Positions 44,623 to 51,914 of a stretch of DNA of 64,000 nucleotides are shown piece by piece. The notes beneath the pieces were generated by a model. It saw only the letters and a list, made by a program, of their open reading frames with translations. It did no database searches and had not been told where the DNA came from. Every line of letters starts with the position of its first letter. The stretch's first letter is position 1. Source of the stretch: Candidatus Defluviilinea proxima (GTDB lineage: Bacteria > Chloroflexota > Anaerolineae > Anaerolineales > Villigracilaceae); assembly GCA_016721115.1 (NCBI GenBank), contig JADKIW010000001.1:3506200-3570199 (forward strand). The letters run 5' to 3'. Made by a program: the position numbers and the translations under genes.

Positions 44623-47037
44623 CTATGGATTCATGGCGTCCAATAATACGCTCTGTCCGATCCGTTGTGCTTCCCCCGCGTTGTTTTCTTCGAGCAGAAC
44701 AACGATCGCCAGTGGTGCGGCCTGCCAATTGGGTGGTGTGCCTCCAATAAACCAAGTGATGGGGGATTCGTCGCTTTGTGCCTTGCCAATGTGGGACCAA
44801 TAACTATTCCCATCTTTGATATAGGATGCGACCGCCTCATCCCAAGCGGATGACTGAATCGCTTCGAGTGGCTGTCCCTCAGCTGGGAGCGTAAGCCAGC
44901 CATTCTTTGGCGTGTTTACGGCCATGGCAATACGTGGCGCAGGTACAACACCCTGATGGCTCAATGCCGCAGAGGCCAGCACCATTTGTAGCGGTGATGC
45001 ATTGAATCCTTTCGTCGTATCCAAAGACGGTTGGGCTACGTCCATTTGTAATTTGGGGGTGTTGTCAAAGCCGAAGGTTTTGTATACATTCAACCATTGT
45101 TCTTTATTTAGATCTGTATTTTTATATACCGTTTGACCAAATGGCTCCATCACTGAACCGGTTGGGTAATTCCCTAGAGCGGCACGATTGATCAATGGCT
45201 TTTGTGGATCTGAAAGAAGTTCTGCCGCTGTCTCGTTTAGGAGATTGGGGTCGAATGTGGGGTGTGAGGACATGACCAATATTTCGCCGGTCTCTGCGTT
45301 TAACAAGATCACAGCGCCCTTATGGCCGTTCATCAATTCGTCTGCGGCAGATTGACGGCGTAGGTCAATGCTTAGGCGGATATCCAAGCCGGGCGGAGTA
45401 GTGCCATATAGTAGGTGATTGAGCCAGATGGTTGAGGATGGATTGCCTTCCAACCCACGTAAGTAGCCATCTAACACCGATTCAAGCCCGGCTTGCCCGT
45501 AGTTTGAATCGGTGTAGCCAGTGACTGGGGCCAGATCGGGATAGATATACTTGCGGGCAAAAGTCCCTGTTTCACCGGTGGTTATTGTGATGGGCGAATT
45601 GGACCGGTCCAGGATCGTGCCGCGTGGCACATATCTCTCTTCGATGATCCATCTCAAATTATCTTTTCTTTCCAAAAGATCGGGCGAGCGAATAACCGAC
45701 CACCATCCCGTTGAAAGCGCTGAAACAAACAAACCCGCGAGCAAGAGTGTATTGAGCGCGACATATGACGATGGATTTTCAACGTGTGCAGGCTCTTCAT
45801 CCATGTGATTGCTGATGATGAGCAGGAGCAATAACGCAATGAACGATGTCAACAAGGATGAGCCACCATACGAAACAAATGGGAGCGTCACGCCGGTCAA
45901 TGGCAGAAGGCGCAAGTTGCCACCGATAATAAGGATGGTTTGAACTCCAAAATATCCTGAGATGCCAGCCGCCAGGAACCTTTTGAAAAGGTCTGGGGCG
46001 CGGAGTGCGATGCGTAAGCCTCGGGTGATGAGAATGCCGAAGAGGGCAAGCAGGCCCAAGGTCCCTAAAAGACCCGTTTCTTCTGCTATCGCCGCATAAA
46101 TAAAGTCAGAGACAGTCACTGGCACAAGATTCGGATGCCCAAGGCCAATCCCACGTCCTTCAATGCCACCATTTGCAATGGCGATCAACGATTGAATGAC
46201 TTGATAGGATTTCCCACCGGGGTCGTTCCATGGATTTAGCCAGGTGTCGATGCGTGCATGAACGGTGTTCACAAAATGATAACCAGCGATACCCATGATC
46301 GCCAGCACGACGATACTGATGAGAGGAATATTTTTATTGTTCGTTGCGAGGTAAATTAGGATCATGTACAACGCGAGGAAAATGGATGCAGTGCCGAGAT
46401 CGCGTTGTGCCATGAGGAGCATAATCACAACGCCGCTCAAGATCAACGTTGGATATAAAATGTGAATGGTTCGAAGACGATAGGGGAGCTTATCTGAAAA
46501 ATAGGCCGCAAGATATACGATCAACAGTAACTTCAAAGGCTCTGAAGGTTGAAAGTACACATCGCAACATCCAAGCCATAACCGTGGACCAAAGCCGCCT
46601 GGGTTTGTGCCGAAAACAAGTGTGAAGGCCGTAAAGGTCAGCCCGCCAATAAGAAGCAGATATTTGTATCGTTGCAGGAATTTAAGCGATGTAATTCGTG
46701 CCCCTGCAATGACCACAAGCATGCTAATGCCAAACCAGAGCGTTTGACGCATGCCGTAGCTGTTATCAAGCCTCCAAATGGTAAGGATGCCCCATCCGCT
46801 CAGGAGGGCGGCCACGGGTAAAAGATAAGGGTCTGCATCTGGAAGATGTTTCTTGAAATCGAACTGTGCGCGGAGTATAGAAACGACCCATACAATGAGC
46901 ACGACCCATTGCGTCCATCGAAGGCTTACATCCCAGCTACGTTCACGCACCACTGGTGATATGGTGATAATGATCGTTTGTAGTAGTAGAAACAGGCCAG
47001 CAATTTTTAGCAGGCTGTTCTGTATAAACCTGCTCAT
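44623..47037 (-). CDS. SEDS (RodA/FtsW) glycosyltransferase fused to a PBP2-like transpeptidase-fold domain
   Basis: The N-terminal 10-TM SEDS part contains SDFIYAAIAEETGLLG...LPLTGVTLPFVSYGGSS. The C-terminal part has PBP dimerisation and transpeptidase folds. The catalytic boxes read SVME and GKAQ. Confidence 0.8.
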   Translation of the reverse strand: MSRFIQNSLLKIAGLFLLLQTIIITISPVVRERSWDVSLRWTQWVVLIVWVVSILRAQFDFKKHLPDADPYLLPVAALLSGWGILTIWRLDNSYGMRQTLWFGISMLVVIAGARITSLKFLQRYKYLLLIGGLTFTAFTLVFGTNPGGFGPRLWLGCCDVYFQPSEPLKLLLIVYLAAYFSDKLPYRLRTIHILYPTLILSGVVIMLLMAQRDLGTASIFLALYMILIYLATNNKNIPLISIVVLAIMGIAGYHFVNTVHARIDTWLNPWNDPGGKSYQVIQSLIAIANGGIEGRGIGLGHPNLVPVTVSDFIYAAIAEETGLLGTLGLLALFGILITRGLRIALRAPDLFKRFLAAGISGYFGVQTILIIGGNLRLLPLTGVTLPFVSYGGSSLLTSFIALLLLLIISNHMDEEPAHVENPSSYVALNTLLLAGLFVSALSTGWWSVIRSPDLLERKDNLRWIIEERYVPRGTILDRSNSPITITTGETGTFARKYIYPDLAPVTGYTDSNYGQAGLESVLDGYLRGLEGNPSSTIWLNHLLYGTTPPGLDIRLSIDLRRQSAADELMNGHKGAVILLNAETGEILVMSSHPTFDPNLLNETAAELLSDPQKPLINRAALGNYPTGSVMEPFGQTVYKNTDLNKEQWLNVYKTFGFDNTPKLQMDVAQPSLDTTKGFNASPLQMVLASAALSHQGVVPAPRIAMAVNTPKNGWLTLPAEGQPLEAIQSSAWDEAVASYIKDGNSYWSHIGKAQSDESPITWFIGGTPPNWQAAPLAIVVLLEENNAGEAQRIGQSVLLDAMNP

Positions 47038-47068
47038 GCGTTGTTTATTTTAATCATGTGCTGAACAC

Positions 47069-47932
47069 TTACATGTATTTGTTGACCAGCAGGCCAAGTT
47101 TTTGTAATGTCTCACTCGGGATCACGTCTTTGCGCGTGATGATCGCTGTTCCGAGCGCATGTTCACAATCGCAATTGCGCTTCTGTTTTAAATTCTTCGC
47201 CAAGATGCGGACAGCATTTTGCGCAAGCTCCGTATTTTTGTTCAGTGTCTTGATGACCATTTCTACGGTCACAGGCGATTCGCTTACATGCCATACATCA
47301 TAGTCTGTGACGTGTGCCATGGTGGCGTAGCAGATCTCAGCTTCACGAGCAAGGAAAACCTCTGGTGATGCTGTCATGCCGATGATAGACATACCCCAAG
47401 AACGATAGGTTCTGGATTCTGCCTTTGTTGAAAACCGTGGACCTTCTATCGTGATGAAGTTTCCGCCGCGATGAACCACGCCTCCTGCCTCTCTGACAGC
47501 TGATTCAAGTTGACTGGAAGTGTCTTCACAAAACGGGTCTGCAACTCCCACGTGGACGACGAGTCCTTCGCTGAAGAATGAGCGAGTGCGTTTGTGTGTA
47601 TTGTCGTAAATTTGGTCAGGGATGACGATGTGACCTGGCTCGAACTCTTCCTTCAAGGAACCGCAAGCACTGATGCTGATAATTCTCTCCACGCCCAGAG
47701 ATTTCAATGCGTAAATATTGGCTTGATAGGGAACTTCACTAGGGGTAATGTGATGCCCGATCCCGTGGCGGGCAAGGAAGGCCACACGTACTCCTTCAAG
47801 TGTACCTGTCACAATGGGGGCACTGGGTTTCCCGAAAGGGGTGTCGATGAGAAGCTCTTTTATATCTTGAAGCCCCTGCATTTCATATAGGCCTGAGCCC
47901 CCGATGATCGCCATGGTCGCTTGTTCGGTCAT
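47069..47932 (-). CDS. mtnP: S-methyl-5'-thioadenosine phosphorylase
   Basis: Contains AIIGGSGLYEM...TPFGKPSAPIV...VAFLARHG. 287 aa. Confidence 0.85.
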   Translation of the reverse strand: MTEQATMAIIGGSGLYEMQGLQDIKELLIDTPFGKPSAPIVTGTLEGVRVAFLARHGIGHHITPSEVPYQANIYALKSLGVERIISISACGSLKEEFEPGHIVIPDQIYDNTHKRTRSFFSEGLVVHVGVADPFCEDTSSQLESAVREAGGVVHRGGNFITIEGPRFSTKAESRTYRSWGMSIIGMTASPEVFLAREAEICYATMAHVTDYDVWHVSESPVTVEMVIKTLNKNTELAQNAVRILAKNLKQKRNCDCEHALGTAIITRKDVIPSETLQKLGLLVNKYM

Positions 47933-48408
47933 TTTGAGTCTCCGATTTTATTTTGTTTGTTCAGTGGAAGATTTTCGCTGGACGAGTCGATATACAACGT
48001 GAAGGTGATGTTACCGCATTTAAAGTTGTCTCCGCTGATGATCACTGTTGGAATCATAATGCGGTCGTTGTTGAGAAATGTCCCATTGGTGGATCCGAGA
48101 TCTTCCAGCCACCATTGCGCATGGTGAAAGGAGATGCGGGCGTGACGCGCAGAAAGGGCCTCGTCGGTAAAATTAATGTCACAGTGGGTGGCACGACCAA
48201 TCACTACCTCAGCTTGGTGAAATTGGTACCTGTATTCTGCGCCATTTTCCGCTTTTGCTTCAAGATGAATGCCCGGCTTCTTTTGAATGGAAAGGATGGT
48301 TCCTTGTTGCTTGAGTTCCTGCCAGAGTGTTTGTAATACCCGCCATAGGAAAACGTAAATAACAACGGCAAGTCCTATCCGCAAAACAAGGACTACGATT
48401 GCAGTCAT
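47929..48408 (-). CDS. Membrane-anchored FHA-domain protein (FhaB/FipA-like)
   Basis: An N-terminal TM helix, then VIGRATHCDINFTDEALSARHARI...STNGTFLN. Confidence 0.8.
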   Translation of the reverse strand: MTAIVVLVLRIGLAVVIYVFLWRVLQTLWQELKQQGTILSIQKKPGIHLEAKAENGAEYRYQFHQAEVVIGRATHCDINFTDEALSARHARISFHHAQWWLEDLGSTNGTFLNNDRIMIPTVIISGDNFKCGNITFTLYIDSSSENLPLNKQNKIGDSK

Positions 48409-49286
48409 TTATCTGTTTTTTTATTTTTTAGTCTGTCAGTTCTGATGTCTACGGTTTTGTGCTCAAGAGTTGCTGTTGGGCGTTCGCTTGCACCGAGGTC
48501 TCGGAACGGGGATGTTTCATTCAAATCAGGGCGTGGTGGAGGATTATCTTGCCCAAAGATCAGGGCTACGCCTGCGAGGGAGATTACGTCGCCGGGATAT
48601 AGCACGGTCTGACTGGTGCGCTGTCCATTGACGAATGTGCCGCCGGTAGAATTCAAATCAAAGAGAACATATCGTCCATTGACAGCACGAAGTTGCGCGT
48701 GGTTGCGTGAAATCCGTGGATCGTCAATGACCAGGTGATTTTCCAGTCTGCGGCCGATGTTGACGACCGTATCCCTTAATGGGTGAACTTTTACACCCTC
48801 AACGATTAAAAATGCGTTTTCGGGAATGGTATCGTTGTTTTCTTTTTTTTCTGCGTCAGTTGCCATGCCTTTGGTGTCCTCCACGAGCTCCAGATTATGT
48901 GATGCGATTACCGTTATTTCTTTCTCAGCATATGAGTCGTCAGTGGTGATCTTGATGGTGGGTTGGGTTGCCAATTTTAAGCCCACATCTTTTATTGCCG
49001 TGCCTATCGCGCTTTTGAGAGCGTTCATTACTTGCGGGTCCTTCCACATGGGGGCGGCAGTGGATGCCACGATTAATGTAAAAACACTTGGAGTGACTGT
49101 CTCTTTTTCTCGTTGTTCGATAATGTTCTGCTTGAGAGCCACTGCCAATTTCTGAATGACCCTATCCTCCTGCTTTATCCCCGGGAGGATCGCCATAAGC
49201 TGATCCTCAAAAAGTGATTGTAATTTGGCTTCGAGCTGGTCGAACTTGTTGTTATTCATTTGGCTATTTTCGAACACCTTTTGCAT
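48405..49286 (-). CDS. FhaA-like protein (DUF3662-type N-domain plus C-terminal FHA domain)
   Basis: The C-terminal part is NIGRRLENHLVIDDPRISRNHAQL...STGGTFVNG. The N-terminal helical domain begins LEAKLQSLFED. Confidence 0.75.
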   Translation of the reverse strand: MQKVFENSQMNNNKFDQLEAKLQSLFEDQLMAILPGIKQEDRVIQKLAVALKQNIIEQREKETVTPSVFTLIVASTAAPMWKDPQVMNALKSAIGTAIKDVGLKLATQPTIKITTDDSYAEKEITVIASHNLELVEDTKGMATDAEKKENNDTIPENAFLIVEGVKVHPLRDTVVNIGRRLENHLVIDDPRISRNHAQLRAVNGRYVLFDLNSTGGTFVNGQRTSQTVLYPGDVISLAGVALIFGQDNPPPRPDLNETSPFRDLGASERPTATLEHKTVDIRTDRLKNKKTDK

Positions 49287-49342
49287 ATTATAGGTGTGAG
49301 CTACAAAAACCGCAAGAACAATAAACTTACATTTTCAAAAGA

Positions 49343-49927
49343 TTATAAATTTTGTCCACAATTTGGACATTTTTGTTCGCCATTTGTGACAACAAAACCA
49401 CATTTGGAACAAGTAGCGGGGTGAGCACTTCCCAAAGGGGCTCCACAGGCGATGCAGGAAGCTTCTCCTAGCGGATTGGCAATTCCACAATGTTCACAAG
49501 TAATACGTCGTAGGCGTTCGGATAATTCGTGAGAAGCGGCAAGGGAATTACACACACGGCCTATTGTCTGCCAGACCTTTTCTTTCAATTGTATGTTTTC
49601 AATGTCTTGTGCGAGATCATCGAGCCGACCAAACAAGCTGAATGGGTTTCGTAAAGCGGAGATGGCGGTCTGGCCGAGGCTGGCGGCTACACCCATCCAT
49701 GCCTGTTCGCCAATGTCCACCATAACGCCATCATCGACACTTTGGATCGAGACGGTCATTGCAGTTTGTCCACCAGATTGGGAGCCCATTCGTGTGGCAA
49801 TCTGGACAGCAAGTTTGGTGGCTTGTCCTACCGCTTGCGCTTGTAGGTTGCCGCGATTAAATTCGGCCATAAGGGCTTGGGCAATGTCGTTTGGTTTAAT
49901 GTTTCCGTGAAAAATCTTTCGTTCCAT
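49343..49927 (-). CDS. Double zinc-ribbon protein
   Basis: The start was trimmed to MERKIFHG. The C-terminal part is CEHCGIANPLGEASCIACGAPL...CSKCGFVVTNGEQKCPNCG. Confidence 0.6.
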   Translation of the reverse strand: MERKIFHGNIKPNDIAQALMAEFNRGNLQAQAVGQATKLAVQIATRMGSQSGGQTAMTVSIQSVDDGVMVDIGEQAWMGVAASLGQTAISALRNPFSLFGRLDDLAQDIENIQLKEKVWQTIGRVCNSLAASHELSERLRRITCEHCGIANPLGEASCIACGAPLGSAHPATCSKCGFVVTNGEQKCPNCGQNL

Positions 49928-49999
49928 GTTTTGGATTATAATCCTTTTATGAGCGGCGACGATATGTCGTCGTATTTTATATATGGTTAACTCTACGTT

Positions 50000-50587
50000 A
50001 TGAAACGATTTTGGTTTAAGTTTTTCGAGATGACTTTGGTAGTATCCGCTGTCAGCTTGTGGATACTTGTTGGGGCGGAGCAGGTTGATGCGTCTGAAGA
50101 GGCGCAACAATCCACTGTATTGGCGACGATTATTTATACCGAGCAGATCAACATACGCGGTGGTCCAAGCACTGTCTATTATCCCATCGTTGGGACAGCC
50201 CAGCCTGGGGAAGTTTTTCCAGCGATTGGTGTTTCGCCGGGGCGGGAGTGGGTCGCCATTACGTTTCCATCTGCGCCGGGTGGGGTGGGATGGGTGTATG
50301 CTACATTTGTAAGTATTTCGGGAGGGGAGTTGAATGTAGTTGAACCGCCCCCGACACCCACGCCGTTTGCGACCGCGACAGTGAACCCAACATTCGCCGC
50401 GGCTTTTATCTTTCAACCCACTACCACGCGAATGCCAACTTTTACACCTCCGCCGCCTTTGGAAATACCGCAGTATACCGATGTGGCACCACGCTCCTCC
50501 GGCATTGCATCTGGAGCGATTGTAATTGGTTTATTATTCATTGGCATCGTTGTATATGTTGTTTCGATTGCTTTGAATAGACAGTAA
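50000..50587 (+). CDS. Signal peptide - SH3b - proline-rich linker - C-terminal TM protein (paralog 1)
   Basis: 195 aa. The SH3b-like region is INIRGGPSTVYYPIVGTAQPGEVFPAIG...WVAI. The linker contains PTFTPPPPLEIP. A terminal TM helix is present. Confidence 0.6.
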   Translation: MKRFWFKFFEMTLVVSAVSLWILVGAEQVDASEEAQQSTVLATIIYTEQINIRGGPSTVYYPIVGTAQPGEVFPAIGVSPGREWVAITFPSAPGGVGWVYATFVSISGGELNVVEPPPTPTPFATATVNPTFAAAFIFQPTTTRMPTFTPPPPLEIPQYTDVAPRSSGIASGAIVIGLLFIGIVVYVVSIALNRQ

Positions 50588-50594
50588 GGAAGTT

Positions 50595-51221
50595 ATGTTG
50601 CCCAAACGGAAGGTATTAGTTTTTTTCTGTGCGGCTATGGGGTTGATCCTTCTGGGTGTGTTTGGTCCGTTTCAGCCGGTTGCCTTGGCACAACAGCCAA
50701 CGGGTTCTGTGCCAACTGTGACCGGTACGCCAGAAGGACCTTATGTGAAGGTAGATCCCAGCCTTGATACGATCATTGTTTATTCAGGGCCAAGCTCATT
50801 TGATTATCCGGCAATCGGCATTCTGGTAAAGAACGAAACCGCGCCAGCTTTGGGGTATGCCAAAGATAAAACAGATTGGATACAGATTCGGTATGCGGGC
50901 GTGGATGGGTCAGTTGGTTGGGTGTATGCGCTCTATGTCAAGATTTTCCCTGGCGGGATATTTCTTCCCATTGTGGACGCTCCATCAACACCAACTCCGA
51001 TGTCGACTCCTACAATCAATCCTACACTTCAAGAAGCCTTTATCGGTCAGCAAACTCCAACGCGATTGCCGACTTTTACGCCTCCTCCGCCTCTTGAATT
51101 ACCCTCGTTTAATGAGCCGAATACTACAGCGACGGCTGGGGTCCCTGCTGGGCTGTTGATCTTGAGCCTTGGGTTGTTTGGGTTTCTTGGGGCCGTGATT
51201 TCCTATCTGCGTGGCAGATAG
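50595..51221 (+). CDS. Signal peptide - SH3b - proline-rich linker - C-terminal TM protein (paralog 2)
   Basis: 208 aa with the same architecture and the shared block TPTP..T.NPT...AFI.Q.T.TR.PTFTPPPPLE.P. Confidence 0.6.
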   Translation: MLPKRKVLVFFCAAMGLILLGVFGPFQPVALAQQPTGSVPTVTGTPEGPYVKVDPSLDTIIVYSGPSSFDYPAIGILVKNETAPALGYAKDKTDWIQIRYAGVDGSVGWVYALYVKIFPGGIFLPIVDAPSTPTPMSTPTINPTLQEAFIGQQTPTRLPTFTPPPPLELPSFNEPNTTATAGVPAGLLILSLGLFGFLGAVISYLRGR

Positions 51222-51234
51222 AGTGGTTTTATAT

Positions 51235-51270
51235 AAAAACTCACCCGTGAATGTTCACGGGTGAGTTTTT
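51235..51270. terminator. Bidirectional rho-independent terminator
   Basis: Stem CTCACCCGTGAA / TTCACGGGTGAG, flanked by A5 and T5 runs. Confidence 0.8.
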
Positions 51271-51293
51271 GATTCAAAGTGTGTTGGACTAAA

Positions 51294-51722
51294 TTAGTTA
51301 TTGCAAGAGCAGGAACCGCCACCGCATCCGCAAGAACCGCCACCGGTGCCGCAGGCGCAACCGCCTTCTTCACCATGGCTGTGTCCCTTTACGTTGGGGC
51401 TATCTACTGCAAAGCCAGCGCCACGCATGGGGTCATTGACAAAGTCAATGCTTGCGCCACGCAAATAATCAATGGAAACTTCGTCGACGACAACCTGAAC
51501 GCCATTCGCTTCGAAAACGGTATCCACATCACGGATGTTGTTATCGAGCGCCATGCCGAAGTTCACGCCGCAACAACCGCCTCCTGCCACATACACACGG
51601 AGGGCGTAGCCTTCCAGTTTGCGCTCAGCAAGGATATTTTTAACGGCATCGCTGGCAGCCGAAGTTAGAGAGATATTCGTATTGGTTTCAGTAGTAAATT
51701 TTGTGTCAATTTCCTGTAACAT
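51294..51722 (-). CDS. A-type Fe-S cluster carrier (HesB/IscA/ErpA family) with a Cys/Gly-rich tail
   Basis: Contains LRVYVAGGGCCGVNFGMAL...IDFV. The tail is GGCACGTGGGSCGCGGGSCSCNN. Confidence 0.85.
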   Translation of the reverse strand: MLQEIDTKFTTETNTNISLTSAASDAVKNILAERKLEGYALRVYVAGGGCCGVNFGMALDNNIRDVDTVFEANGVQVVVDEVSIDYLRGASIDFVNDPMRGAGFAVDSPNVKGHSHGEEGGCACGTGGGSCGCGGGSCSCNN

Positions 51723-51829
51723 GTAGTTCTCCTTCTATAGGGAATAGGACGTATCTTATCAAATTAGGGAAGTGCTGTCAACATAAAAATAGCCTGATAT
51801 ATGACATGTGCGCATGATTACTTATTTTC

Positions 51830-51858
51830 TTGACACATACTATTCGCACCTGTACAAT
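51830..51858 (+). promoter_or_regulatory. Consensus-like sigma70 promoter of hppA
   Basis: TTGACA (51830-51835), a 17-nt spacer, then TACAAT (51853-51858). Confidence 0.65.
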
Positions 51859-51914
51859 CCTCCTGCTTAAGGCGTAAGCCTATATTTTTTATTTCCTGAG
51901 GAGGATTATCCTAC

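Noticed and set aside
49928-50416. Arg/Lys-rich 163-codon extension of the zinc-ribbon ORF
   Set aside because: It lies antisense to the SH3 paralog gene at 50000-50587 and has implausible composition. The internal Met at 49927 leaves a normal intergenic gap.
51856-51906. Possible SD-sequestering hairpin in the hppA leader (AATCCTCC pairing with GGAGGATT)
   Set aside because: The 5' arm overlaps the predicted -10 box (51853-51858). It would lie largely upstream of the transcription start and so would not be in the mRNA.
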